From positions 1,728,001 through 1,792,000 of the forward strand of contig OY760175.1 of assembly GCA_963663165.1 (NCBI GenBank): a DNA stretch of 64,000 nucleotides, written 5' to 3'. The notes beneath the pieces are model-generated. The model was not told the DNA's origin. It saw only the letters and a program-made list of their open reading frames with translations, and searched no databases. The stretch is from an uncultured Desulfospira sp. (GTDB lineage: Bacteria; Desulfobacterota; Desulfobacteria; Desulfobacterales; Desulfobacteraceae). The position numbers were made by a program, and so were the translations under genes. Below are positions 38,448 to 49,527 of the stretch, one piece after another; within the stretch, counting starts at the first letter, position 1, and every line of letters starts with the position of its first letter.

Positions 38448-41165
38448 ATGAATTTCTTATCAGGCAGATTTCTATTGTCAATTTGTATCTATCTTTTCTG
38501 TGGACTTATCGCAACAACATCCTTTGCTGCTAACGTGAGCGATAAGTTAAAACTAACCAAATCAACCATAAATTATGACTCTCAAACCCAAACCGGAACC
38601 ATAGAGGTCAAACTGCAAAATACCGGCGCCGAGGATTTGAGTTATCCCATCAAAGTTGCGGTCATGGAAATTTTTTATTCCCTGGACAATGCCGACCTGG
38701 ACGGGGACGGGGATGTGGACGGCCAGGACCTGGCATATGTCATCCGTCTGGCCGGTACGCCCGATGAAATTGCTTTAACGGATTTAATAGGACATTACGG
38801 ACGCACGGATATTCTATCAGCTACAGGAACAAACCTTTCGGATTTTCAGATAACCAACCGTGTTGGCACCACCCCTGAAGGATTGCCATACCTGATCTAC
38901 ACTCAGGAGGCAGGCCAGGTATTGTCCCCGGGAGAAGAAACCGATCCTATTGCCTGGCAAGTCCATATCCCCGTTGATGCGTTTCAGGCCGACCGGACAT
39001 TTCATTTCAGGGTAAAAGCGTTCTCAGGGGAAGACGTCACCCTGCCGGATCTTGATATTATTGAACCCGCTGAAGGTGCCAACTTAGAAACAGTCCGGCC
39101 CACGGTCAGGGTTGCTTTCCAGGATGAAGAATCGGACATCGACACAACGTCCCTGATCGTTGAAGTCAACGGCGTTGCTGTCAGCACTTCCGGTTTTACC
39201 GTCACCTCTGCCGGGGCCACCGGCGAAGTTCCCAACGATCTTCCCTTTAATGATAATACCATTACGGTAAGCATTGCCGATACTGCCGGAAATATAAAAG
39301 AAGCAACTGTGAACTTCCTGGTACAACCGGATACGGATACAGACGCTGACGGCATCCCGGACTGGTGGGAAACATTGCATTTCTCAAGTTTAGATGCTGA
39401 TTCGGATTCTGACGGGGACGGGATTTCCAACTATGATGAATACCTTGCCAATACCGATCCCAATAATTCGGATATCCAGGCACCTGAAGTTTTAAGCCAG
39501 TATCCCCCTGCCGGTACAAGTTCAGTGGCTACCCAGGGCAATCCTTTTGAAATGGTCGTCACTTTCACGGACAGTGGGTCCGGCATTGCCTCGGTTGTCC
39601 TTTTAGATGAAAACGGGGTGGACATATCCGGCCAGGCGGTTATTACCGGGAACTCTATCATCTTTACCCTGGATAATCCGGAAAACAGGGCATACCAATA
39701 CCAGTTAATCCTCATAGATGAGGCCGGGAACAAAACCATTGTGAATTTTTCTTTCACAATAGACAGCATCCTTCCTTTTGTCACGCCCAGTATAGCCGCA
39801 GGGCATTATGAGTCTGCGTTCACAGTAGACTTAACCTGCTCGGAAACAGCAGACATCTATTATTCCACAGACGGATACCCGCCTTTTGAAGGCGCGGCCA
39901 ACACAACCGTGCAAACCGCTACCCTGGCCGTAACAGGGATAAACATAGATAAAACCACCCACCTTCAATATTTTGCAATAGACGAGGCCGGTAATACCGG
40001 CCCCACAGAAAGCGCCGTCTATCACCTTGATTCTACTATCCCTGTGACACAGATCCAGGCACAGCAGGGAGAAAATGATTATGTCACCCTTTCCTGGACA
40101 TCTGTTGCCCAGGCTGCAAGTTACCACATCTACCGGGTGGTGAACCCGGTTGACAAACAGATTCTGGACGACTGCGTTGCCAACGGTATTGCTCCTCCGT
40201 CCCGGTTAAGGCTTCTTGGCAGCGTCACCGGAGAAACACAAACCGATGACCAGGTTATTCCCGGCACCACATACTATTACGGGATAACCATAAACACCCA
40301 GGAAGCATTGGAAGGCCCTCTGTCTGAATTAGCCTCAATTGAGTTTTTAGGCTCATCAACAGCCGTGGATAAGGATGAGGCCATTCAAAGAGCCAAAACC
40401 TGGCTTAAGGCAAACCAAACCACCCTTGGTTTCTGGGGCAATGAAAAAAACAAACTCCTTGTAACAAGCCAGGTGCTTAACGCATTCAACTCTTTAGAAG
40501 AGGATGATGCAGCCGTAAGAAAAGGTGTTTTCTTCTTAAGAGGGAACTATGCGGACAACAATGATTTTCTTGGACGGCAAATCAACACGCTCTATGATTT
40601 TGACCAAAATGTTGATTATCTTGTGGCTAAACTGATCGCTCAGTCCTACATCGTAGAATCCGGTGAAACATCATACATTACGGGTTGGGGGACCAGACCG
40701 GGATATTACCCTGATCCTGTCTGTACGGCTGTAGGGGCTTCCACTGTAGCAAAAACAACAAAGAGTACCTCATTAGTCAATTATAGTTTTACGGCCTTAA
40801 AAACCAATTGGTCCAGTCTCTTTTACAGCTCGGAGAACTATCGTTTCGGCTGGATCGCTGGTGGAGATGCAAGCGTCTATGTTTCAAGCCTGATTTACCA
40901 TATTCTTGCAGACAATTTCTCTGCCTCATCCCTGACAAACTTCACCAGTGACTGGATCATTAACACTCAGACGGATAACGGAGACGGATCATTCGGCAAC
41001 GGAGTGATCGACACAGCTGCCGTCCTTTTATGGCTGGACATCCCTGAAACCAACAAAATAAATGCCGTCAGTTACCTTGTAAATCAGCAAAACCCCGACG
41101 GTTCCTGGTTAAACGATCCTTATGTCACCGGCTTATGCCTTAAAGCACTTTCAAATATAGACTGA
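38448..41165 (+). CDS. Secreted multidomain protein (Ca-binding/dockerin-like, Ig-like, TSP3-like, FN3-associated, C-terminal prenyltransferase/squalene-cyclase-like repeats)
   Basis: Signal peptide ending TTSFA; DLDGDGDVDGQDL; DTDADGIPDWWE..DSDGDGISNYDEY; IYYSTDG; QNPDGSW-type repeats. Confidence 0.8.
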   Translation: MNFLSGRFLLSICIYLFCGLIATTSFAANVSDKLKLTKSTINYDSQTQTGTIEVKLQNTGAEDLSYPIKVAVMEIFYSLDNADLDGDGDVDGQDLAYVIRLAGTPDEIALTDLIGHYGRTDILSATGTNLSDFQITNRVGTTPEGLPYLIYTQEAGQVLSPGEETDPIAWQVHIPVDAFQADRTFHFRVKAFSGEDVTLPDLDIIEPAEGANLETVRPTVRVAFQDEESDIDTTSLIVEVNGVAVSTSGFTVTSAGATGEVPNDLPFNDNTITVSIADTAGNIKEATVNFLVQPDTDTDADGIPDWWETLHFSSLDADSDSDGDGISNYDEYLANTDPNNSDIQAPEVLSQYPPAGTSSVATQGNPFEMVVTFTDSGSGIASVVLLDENGVDISGQAVITGNSIIFTLDNPENRAYQYQLILIDEAGNKTIVNFSFTIDSILPFVTPSIAAGHYESAFTVDLTCSETADIYYSTDGYPPFEGAANTTVQTATLAVTGINIDKTTHLQYFAIDEAGNTGPTESAVYHLDSTIPVTQIQAQQGENDYVTLSWTSVAQAASYHIYRVVNPVDKQILDDCVANGIAPPSRLRLLGSVTGETQTDDQVIPGTTYYYGITINTQEALEGPLSELASIEFLGSSTAVDKDEAIQRAKTWLKANQTTLGFWGNEKNKLLVTSQVLNAFNSLEEDDAAVRKGVFFLRGNYADNNDFLGRQINTLYDFDQNVDYLVAKLIAQSYIVESGETSYITGWGTRPGYYPDPVCTAVGASTVAKTTKSTSLVNYSFTALKTNWSSLFYSSENYRFGWIAGGDASVYVSSLIYHILADNFSASSLTNFTSDWIINTQTDNGDGSFGNGVIDTAAVLLWLDIPETNKINAVSYLVNQQNPDGSWLNDPYVTGLCLKALSNID

Positions 41166-41213
41166 GCCGCTAAAAAATGAATCAAACACTTTGTCGATAA
41201 AAGGGGAATACCA

Positions 41214-44200
41214 ATGAGATACCCGAAACACATTCGAATTTTTAGATTCATCATCCCGGTAATATTGTTCACCATTCTCAGTATAACACCCGCTTTTGGA
41301 ACAGACCTTCCCACAGACGATGATCTGGCCCAGACCATGGAGTGTGAATGGGCGACAATTGAAGATCCGGAAAATCCCGGAGAAGAAATCAATGATCCCA
41401 ATGACAAGTTAGTCGCCCTTGCGGCCAGCCTGGATAATGACCCGGTTAAAATTTACAACTGGGTTTATAAGAATATTTATTCTCCCCAGTTTATTTACTC
41501 TCAGCTTGAGAATGGCTCCTGGAAGTATGATTATACGAAATCCAGGTTGGGGGCAAGAGGGGCATATCTATCAAAAAGAGGAAATTCATGGGACCAGTCT
41601 TCCTTATTAATTGCACTTTTAAGGATATCCAATATTCCGGCTCGTTATGTTCAACTGGGGTCATATCATCTGGTTTATGTTGAAGCCTGGCTGGATCTGG
41701 ACAATTATCATGGAATAGCTGATAGCAGCCAGAAAGGATGGGTCCCTCTTTTTCCCTGGCTCAAAGAGAACAATTTCATTGAAGGCCTGGATCTGTTTGT
41801 AACGGACGGGTCGATAACAGACCCGGTACCGGACGGTTTGGAATTTGATTTTAAAGACTACCTTTCTTCACCGGACGAAAATGGAAGCGTTGTAAAGCAT
41901 GAGACAACACTTGAAAAATATGAAGAAAAACTCCAGAATATTTTAAACACAAACCATCCAGGGAAATCATTAAAAGATATTCCCTTCAATGAAGACTTAA
42001 TCGACAACACGGCCCTGGTTCTGCCCAGATCTTTTCCGTCAAAACTTAAACTATTTTTATCAGTCACCAAGAACCGGTTCAGCGAAGTTGACCCTTCAAA
42101 CCGGGAATACATCCGGCTGGTAATAAGAAATTACAGCAGCACCGGCACCAGCCTCCTTGATTACACCCTTTACATGCCAAAAGCTGCCGGTAAAAGGTTT
42201 TGCCTGGACTGGAATTATTCAGGCTCTTCTTTTCAGCCGGTATTCAAATTAGATGGTGAGTCTGTCCAGACAAGCTCCTACACATTGGGGGCTGATGATA
42301 ATTTTTATATCGTGTATCAGGTTGCTGGTCAAAGTTCGGTTCTCCGCGATCAAAAACGGGCCGCAGGCACTTTCATGCAGATCGGTTTTGACCCTTTAAG
42401 TGCTTCTCAGATCACCATTGAAAAAGCCAAACAAGAATTACAAACCGTTGATGCCAGCAACGTCCTTGATCCGTCTACCCACGAAGAATATCTCGGACTC
42501 ATGGGGCAGGTTTTATCGGAAACTTTTTTATACCGGCTATATGAAAATGCCAGGAAAACCACCAGTTATTTCTATGGGATAAAATACTGGGGCCTTAGTC
42601 CAACGTTTATTTACACAGATTATAATTCTGACGACCATCCTATCCCGACAGACCCGGAATCCAAATTTTATTATCATCCACAATGGAAAATTGACGCTCA
42701 ATCTTCAGCTTCCATGATTAAATGGGACAGTTCAGGACAGCAACTGGTTACCTACTCTACCGACCCTGATCATAACAACTGGGATGCGCCGATAAACGTG
42801 ACCTCAAAAAGGATTTCAGGGTTTGTCGCGTCATTTAACGAAGGCAGAATCTTTGAAGACTGGATGGATACTCCGGGGGCCAGCACCATCAAAGGGCTGA
42901 TGATAGCCAATGAAGACCCTGACAATACCGGCAACCATATGGTGGAATTAACGAGTGACAGCATTGTTAGCGAAACTCAGACAACAACATCTTCCTTTGA
43001 AAGTGTTCCTCTTTCCGGTGAACAGCCTACATGGTCTACTGGTGCGGCGATAAATGATCTTTATAAAGTAGATTACGATGAAGCTTATGATGGTTTTCAA
43101 CTTAATGGTGCTTTAAGGGTTCCTGATAGCTGGGTACTGGTTGATCCTAACAGCAACTCCTTTCCTTTGGATGCAGATGCAATTGATGGTAGCTACGGAG
43201 TTGTTGTTTGGCCTAACGCATACATCACAAGAGGATCAAAATTTGACCTGAAAACATTTAAGTACGCCAGTCTGGGTAATGGGGCTAAGTATAAAGTTGT
43301 TGGTTATCGTAGAGATTCCAATGGTAATTTAGTTTCTGTCAGTGGGTATGAAAAAAATCTAACGGCAAATCAAAGTCCACAAATAGCGACTTTCAATTGG
43401 ACGGATGTTCATCAAATTTATATTGTACGAACAACAGCGGCAACTACATTTTATGACCCGCTTATTATTGATAATCTCCAGTATATCCGCAAAGAATACG
43501 TTTCCGACCTTGAAAATCAAACAGAAGGATATCTCGGCACCAAAACCGTTTGGGACATTATCCAATTGCTTGACCAAGGTGACACCGTTGTAACACCGGT
43601 CCAAATCGTTGAACATGACGGCATGACGGGCAATATCCGCATTGTTTACGGAGCAGATGGAAGCGACCAGTATTCCTTTGGCATGGATAACGGCGGATCT
43701 TCTTCAAAAGAAACAACAACAAACGAGTCCTATACAGATACGAATACAATCTCGCTGGACTCAGGCACTTTAAGCTCTACTACCCAGACCGACTGGAAAG
43801 ATAAATACACCACCCTGGTCAATGGTGTAGAAACAACCATTAAAAAAGCCTCAGAAACCATGAATGCGGCAAAGACCGCCCTGGGCGACCCGGTAGACAT
43901 GGTAAGCGGCGAGTTCTACACGGAAGAAACCCCGGATTTCCTGATCAAGTCCCGGGGGCTCGATTTATCCATTATCCGTAAATACAGAAGCCAGCTGATC
44001 TACAACGGCCCGTTCGGATACGGCTGGACCTGGAATCATGCAGAGCGTATCCTGCCCTTGGCCGGTGGTGATGTCCTTTATTACAATAACGACGGGGATG
44101 CCCTGGAACTCACCTCTAACGGTGACGGGACATATACCTGTCCTTTGGGGTCGCAATTTGTTCTGGCCATAGAATCCGGCCAATACGTCATCACCCAAAA

Positions 44201-47200
44201 CCGGACCCGGCAAAAATCCTATTTTTCCGACCAGGGGTATCTGGTCAGGAAAGAGGACCGGTTCGGCAATACCCTGACATTTGGATATGGCAATACCAGC
44301 TATCCGGGTCAAATTACCGCCATAACGGACGGCCTTGGCAGATCCCTTACCCTGGCCTATAACTCAAACGGTAAAGTCATCAGTATCACGGACTTTGAGG
44401 GCCGGTCCTGTTCCTACCTTTACAGTGACATAAGTTCCGGAGACGGGCTTGGAGACGACCTGATTGAGTTCAGAGGCCTTGATTACCAAACCAGCCTTGA
44501 TAACGCCACCCGGTACGAATATTTGTCCAATCAGGAAAACGTATACCTGAACCATAACATGACCAAGTACACCCTGCCGGGCGGGGATTATCTTGAGATC
44601 GGGTATTATAAAAACGACCAGGCGGCCTATCATACCAACGCCAAGGGCGAGACCTTCAACTTCATGTACAGCCGGTTGAACCGGTATGCAGAAACCTGGA
44701 ACGAAGAGGGGTATTACCGGAAGGTCTTTTTCAACGAAGCCAATGACGTTATCCGGGTCGCCAATGAGGACGGCACCATTGAACAGATGGCGTATGATGA
44801 ATACGGCCATCATAATAAGATTTCTCATACGGATGGCAATGGATACACCACCACGTTCCAATACTATCCTGACGGCGCAGCCGATCCGGAAGCTTATGTC
44901 AAAAAACGGAATCTGTATCTTAAAACCGATGCCCTGGGCTGCACCTGGGCTTATCAGTACGATGATACGAATAACGCCTATGCACCGTCTCAAGCAACAG
45001 ACCCTGCCGGTAACATCACTCAGTTTGAATATGATACCAACGGCAGTCTCTATAAAAAAATTCAGGCTCCGGGTTACGCCTTTGATGGTAACCAAGATCT
45101 GGTGGCGGACGCAAACGCCACGGGATTCGAAACCGTATACGAGTATGACGCTTACGGGAATATCACCAGAATCACGGACCCGTTAAGCCGGTATGAAGAA
45201 CGGATCTACGATACAAACAGCCTGTATCTTGTCACTAAAAAGGACAAGCTGGGCAACGAGACCCGGTACCAGTATTACAAAGACTTCGTGGAAAACATGC
45301 CCATAGGGGCGGTTAAATCCGTAACGGTTGTATCCGGAACCAATGAATACACCACCACTTATGAATATGACCAACTGGGCCGGAAAACCAAAGAAACAGA
45401 TCCGCTATCCCAGGCAACCCAATACCAGTACACCCTTGACGGGAAGCTTGAAAAAATCACTAAGCCCAACGGTGCCGTAACCCAACATATCTATGACACG
45501 GCCAGGGACATCGTGTCCGGAGCCCAGATCATAGAAACCATAGATCCGCTGGGTAACTCCGTTCATTTTTCCTATGATGCCACAGGCAAGCTGATTAAAA
45601 AGCAGGATAAAAACGGGAACATCTTCACCTTTGCCTATGACAAAATGGGCCGCCTCGCCAAAGAGGTTGATCCGTTCAGAACCGTCAAAAATTATGTTTA
45701 TGACGGCAACGGCAATAAAACCTCAATCAAACTTTATAATCAGGCTGGAGTTCTGCTCAAGGAAACCAAATTCACCTATAACGCCGCCAACCAGCTGGTG
45801 GAAAAAACCATCCCCTGCGACTTTGAAGAAGATGGTTGTGAAAAAACGGTTCAGTACCAATACACCCTTGACGGTAAACCACAGAGCCAGACCATTGTTT
45901 TTCCGGAAGGGGACGATTTAGTCACCTGGTATGAATACAATGCCCTGGGCCGGTTAAAACAGGAAACCAAAGGATACGGAACTGATGACGCCCGGGCCAC
46001 CCAATACAGATATGACGCCCTGGGCCGGTTGACCCGGACCATATTCCCCTTAGGCAATTCTGAGGTCCGTGAATATGATGCCAACGGCAATGTAACTGCC
46101 GTAAAACTCTATGACCAGGCCGGGACCCTGATGGAAGAGACTGGAAACATTTATGATGCCCGTAATCTTCTGGTTGAAACCGTTAATCCTCTGGGAAACA
46201 GCACATACTACACCTATGACGCCCTTGGAAGAAAAACGGAACAATTTCAATTCCTGACCGAATCCGGGGATATGATCCAGTACCAGTGGCAGTATGATGC
46301 CGTGGGCAACCTGGTCCAGGAAACCGACCCCCTGGGCCGGCTGACCCGGCACGGATATGACCTGAACAACCAAAAGGCCAAAACTGTTGACGCCCTGGGC
46401 CAGACCACTGCATTTGAATACGATCCCAACGGCAACCTGGTGGCCGTCACCTATCCGGACTTGAGCCGGACTGTTACCTATTATGACGCCCTGAACCGAA
46501 AAATCGGTGTTGAAGATGAACTGGGCTATATTCAGACCCTTGACTATGATGAAGACTCCAACCTGGTGTCCCACCTGGATGCCCGGAAGGGGATCTCCAC
46601 CTTTGAATATGATGCGGCCAAGCGGTTGAGAAGAAAAACCAATGCCCTTGGATATACTGAAGAGACCGAATACGACCCGGCAGACCGGGTAATTCAGACA
46701 ACAGACGCCAGGGGGATTATAACCCTGCTTTCATATGATGCCGCAAGCAACCTGGTCAGCCAAACCCTGGCTTCCGGCACAGATGATCAAACCGTTACCC
46801 AATTTGAATATGACCTCAACAACCGGAAAATCAGAGAGATCCATGAGACAACCCAAGGGGACCAGATTACAGCCTTCGAATATGACGACCGGGGCTTGCT
46901 GACCCACAGGAAAAACGGATTCCACACCGGTTCCCCGGAAATCTGGGAATATGAATATGATAAAGCCAGGCAACTGGTGGCGACCATTGATCCCAACGGT
47001 AACACCATCCAGGTGTTTTATGATGCCGTTGGCCGCAAAAAAGCCCAGACCCAGGCCCAGGGCCTGGTGAAATATTACTGGGAGTACGACCTGGCCGGAA
47101 ACGTCACCCTTGAAAGAAAACCCGAGGGAGAGGAAATCCAGAACGCCTATGATGCCCTTAACCGCCTGGTTCTGGAAACCAGGGGGGGCGACCAGCGCCG

Positions 47201-49511
47201 GTTTGAATATGACAGCCGGGGGCATCTTACCCGGGAAGAGAATTTTAACGGGGATGCCACGCAATACCAATATGATTTAGCCGGCAGAATGACCCAAAAA
47301 ACAGAAGCCGCCGGTACGGTCGATGAAGCCGTAAGCAAGTATGAATATGATGAAAACGGTAACCTGGTTGCTATCACCAATCCTTTGCTTAAAACCGTGT
47401 CCTTTGAATATGATGCGCTGAATCAGCGGATTACAGAAACCGACAGTGATCTCACTGTCAAAACCATCACCTATGATGAAAACGGTAATACCCTGTCCAT
47501 TGAAAAAAAGGACGGCACAGACATCGAGTTTGTATGGGATAACCTGAACCGGAAGGAAGCAACAAAGGTTGATACGGTAATCCGGCAGACCTTTGATTAT
47601 GATGTGCTTTCCAGGCTGGTATCTGCCACGGACACCAACCAGGGCACCGTAACCCACACCGCCACCTTTGATTACAACGACTACGGCCGCCTGGAAACCG
47701 AGGCCCAGGACTCGTATACAATCGGAAAACTCTATGACAACAACGGCAATAAAATCCAAATCACCTATCCTTCGGGCCGGGTGGTGGATAAGACCTACAA
47801 TGAAAACAACGCCCTGACCCAGATCCTTTACCAGGGGAACACCATTGCCGATCTTACCCGTGACCGAAACAACCGGCTGACAGCCGCATCCTTCGGAAAC
47901 GGCACAGGCCTTGCCCTGGACTATGACACCCGGGAACGGGAAACTTTAAGAACATACACGGATACTTTATTCTCCCAGGAAACAGGATATGATGCCCAAA
48001 GCAACATCCTTGAAGAGACGTTAGCCCTGAACGGCACCACCCGGGAAAAAGAGTACACCTACGACCACCAGGACAGGCTGGTCACAGCCACACCATCAAC
48101 GACCTGGGACTATGACAGCGTGGGCAACTGGCTTTCTACCAACCAGAACGGCACAGCCGAATCAAGAACCGCCAACGATGACAATGAATACACCCTTGTT
48201 GACGGCACCGCCTTCATCCATGACCCCAACGGCAACCTGACCTCAGACGGTGAAAAAGACTATGTCTACGACTGGGCAAACCGGCTTATCCAGGTGGAGG
48301 AAAGCGGTCAGGTCCTGGCCGAGTACACCTATGACGCGGTGAACCGCAGGGTTACCAAAACGGTGGGAACGACAGTGACCACCTATGTCTATGACGAAAC
48401 AGAGGTCATTGAAGAATACACCGGCGGCACATTAAGCCGGTCATATGTTTACTCAAGCAGCATTGATAAACCAATCCTCCTGGAAACCGGCAGCCAATTT
48501 TACTACTACATTGCCGACCGCCAGGGAAGTGTATGGGGATTCACGGATAACACCGGAACCCTGGTGGAGTCCTATGAATACACTCCCTTTGGCCTTATGA
48601 CCATCTACGACAGCCAGGGCCAGGATATCACCGCAACCGGCTCCGCCATCGGCAATCCGTTCGGCTATACCGGCAGAAGATGGGATAGTGAATCAGGCCT
48701 GTGGTACTACCGCAACCGGATGTACTCTGCCGAACTAGGCCGGTTCCTCCAGCGCGACCCGGCTGGTTATGTGGATGGGCTTAACCTGTATCAATATACC
48801 TTGAACAATCCACTGCGGTACATTGATCCTATGGGGTTGACCTCAAGGGAAAACGATTTTTCATACAGCCTTCCAATTATCAATCTGAACGCTGATTATC
48901 AAAAACAACAGCAAGACTGGGAACAGCGTCAATTAATTGGTGCATACATTCAAGAAAAACAAGAAAAAATTTTCGTATCAACAACTTTGGACTTTACGCC
49001 AGGTGTAGGAGATGCAAAGGGAATTGGAGAGGGGCTATATAACGTATATGAAAATCCGGCCAGAAAAAGTGCATGGGGTTCATTAGGAGTTGGAATAGCA
49101 ACTGTATTGCCTATTACAGATATAGTTAAGCTTCCTAAAATAGTTGACAAATTTTCTGAAATAAGTGAAACAGCAGAACGTTTGGTAGATATGGTCTCAA
49201 AGCAGGGAGGACGCTATGGGGACTTAGTTACCGACGGTGCGCATCGTCACCATATGCCAGCAAAACAGGCTACCCCTCTTACAGAAGCCGATGGACCAGC
49301 TATTCGAATGAGTCCTTCAGACCATCGTAAAACTGCGAGTTATGGTGGGAGGAAAGGATCAGCACAACAGGCATATAGAGACAAACAGGCAGATCTGATT
49401 CAACAAGGGAAGTTTGATGATGCATTTTTGATGGACGTTGATGACATTCAGTCAAAGTTTGGGAATAAATATGATGACGCAATTTTGGAAGCTATGGATG
49501 CGCTTCCATAG
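41214..49511 (+). CDS. Rhs/YD-repeat polymorphic toxin 1 (signal peptide, transglutaminase-like N-domain, DUF6531-like, Rhs core, His-rich nuclease-like CT)
   Basis: 2765 aa; GDPVDMVSGE, many YD repeats, RFLQRDPAGYVDGLNLYQY..NNPLRYIDPMG; CT HRHHMPA..GPAIRM..DHRKTASYG. Confidence 0.92.
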   Translation: MRYPKHIRIFRFIIPVILFTILSITPAFGTDLPTDDDLAQTMECEWATIEDPENPGEEINDPNDKLVALAASLDNDPVKIYNWVYKNIYSPQFIYSQLENGSWKYDYTKSRLGARGAYLSKRGNSWDQSSLLIALLRISNIPARYVQLGSYHLVYVEAWLDLDNYHGIADSSQKGWVPLFPWLKENNFIEGLDLFVTDGSITDPVPDGLEFDFKDYLSSPDENGSVVKHETTLEKYEEKLQNILNTNHPGKSLKDIPFNEDLIDNTALVLPRSFPSKLKLFLSVTKNRFSEVDPSNREYIRLVIRNYSSTGTSLLDYTLYMPKAAGKRFCLDWNYSGSSFQPVFKLDGESVQTSSYTLGADDNFYIVYQVAGQSSVLRDQKRAAGTFMQIGFDPLSASQITIEKAKQELQTVDASNVLDPSTHEEYLGLMGQVLSETFLYRLYENARKTTSYFYGIKYWGLSPTFIYTDYNSDDHPIPTDPESKFYYHPQWKIDAQSSASMIKWDSSGQQLVTYSTDPDHNNWDAPINVTSKRISGFVASFNEGRIFEDWMDTPGASTIKGLMIANEDPDNTGNHMVELTSDSIVSETQTTTSSFESVPLSGEQPTWSTGAAINDLYKVDYDEAYDGFQLNGALRVPDSWVLVDPNSNSFPLDADAIDGSYGVVVWPNAYITRGSKFDLKTFKYASLGNGAKYKVVGYRRDSNGNLVSVSGYEKNLTANQSPQIATFNWTDVHQIYIVRTTAATTFYDPLIIDNLQYIRKEYVSDLENQTEGYLGTKTVWDIIQLLDQGDTVVTPVQIVEHDGMTGNIRIVYGADGSDQYSFGMDNGGSSSKETTTNESYTDTNTISLDSGTLSSTTQTDWKDKYTTLVNGVETTIKKASETMNAAKTALGDPVDMVSGEFYTEETPDFLIKSRGLDLSIIRKYRSQLIYNGPFGYGWTWNHAERILPLAGGDVLYYNNDGDALELTSNGDGTYTCPLGSQFVLAIESGQYVITQNRTRQKSYFSDQGYLVRKEDRFGNTLTFGYGNTSYPGQITAITDGLGRSLTLAYNSNGKVISITDFEGRSCSYLYSDISSGDGLGDDLIEFRGLDYQTSLDNATRYEYLSNQENVYLNHNMTKYTLPGGDYLEIGYYKNDQAAYHTNAKGETFNFMYSRLNRYAETWNEEGYYRKVFFNEANDVIRVANEDGTIEQMAYDEYGHHNKISHTDGNGYTTTFQYYPDGAADPEAYVKKRNLYLKTDALGCTWAYQYDDTNNAYAPSQATDPAGNITQFEYDTNGSLYKKIQAPGYAFDGNQDLVADANATGFETVYEYDAYGNITRITDPLSRYEERIYDTNSLYLVTKKDKLGNETRYQYYKDFVENMPIGAVKSVTVVSGTNEYTTTYEYDQLGRKTKETDPLSQATQYQYTLDGKLEKITKPNGAVTQHIYDTARDIVSGAQIIETIDPLGNSVHFSYDATGKLIKKQDKNGNIFTFAYDKMGRLAKEVDPFRTVKNYVYDGNGNKTSIKLYNQAGVLLKETKFTYNAANQLVEKTIPCDFEEDGCEKTVQYQYTLDGKPQSQTIVFPEGDDLVTWYEYNALGRLKQETKGYGTDDARATQYRYDALGRLTRTIFPLGNSEVREYDANGNVTAVKLYDQAGTLMEETGNIYDARNLLVETVNPLGNSTYYTYDALGRKTEQFQFLTESGDMIQYQWQYDAVGNLVQETDPLGRLTRHGYDLNNQKAKTVDALGQTTAFEYDPNGNLVAVTYPDLSRTVTYYDALNRKIGVEDELGYIQTLDYDEDSNLVSHLDARKGISTFEYDAAKRLRRKTNALGYTEETEYDPADRVIQTTDARGIITLLSYDAASNLVSQTLASGTDDQTVTQFEYDLNNRKIREIHETTQGDQITAFEYDDRGLLTHRKNGFHTGSPEIWEYEYDKARQLVATIDPNGNTIQVFYDAVGRKKAQTQAQGLVKYYWEYDLAGNVTLERKPEGEEIQNAYDALNRLVLETRGGDQRRFEYDSRGHLTREENFNGDATQYQYDLAGRMTQKTEAAGTVDEAVSKYEYDENGNLVAITNPLLKTVSFEYDALNQRITETDSDLTVKTITYDENGNTLSIEKKDGTDIEFVWDNLNRKEATKVDTVIRQTFDYDVLSRLVSATDTNQGTVTHTATFDYNDYGRLETEAQDSYTIGKLYDNNGNKIQITYPSGRVVDKTYNENNALTQILYQGNTIADLTRDRNNRLTAASFGNGTGLALDYDTRERETLRTYTDTLFSQETGYDAQSNILEETLALNGTTREKEYTYDHQDRLVTATPSTTWDYDSVGNWLSTNQNGTAESRTANDDNEYTLVDGTAFIHDPNGNLTSDGEKDYVYDWANRLIQVEESGQVLAEYTYDAVNRRVTKTVGTTVTTYVYDETEVIEEYTGGTLSRSYVYSSSIDKPILLETGSQFYYYIADRQGSVWGFTDNTGTLVESYEYTPFGLMTIYDSQGQDITATGSAIGNPFGYTGRRWDSESGLWYYRNRMYSAELGRFLQRDPAGYVDGLNLYQYTLNNPLRYIDPMGLTSRENDFSYSLPIINLNADYQKQQQDWEQRQLIGAYIQEKQEKIFVSTTLDFTPGVGDAKGIGEGLYNVYENPARKSAWGSLGVGIATVLPITDIVKLPKIVDKFSEISETAERLVDMVSKQGGRYGDLVTDGAHRHHMPAKQATPLTEADGPAIRMSPSDHRKTASYGGRKGSAQQAYRDKQADLIQQGKFDDAFLMDVDDIQSKFGNKYDDAILEAMDALP

Positions 49512-49527
49512 AATGGAGAATTGATAA

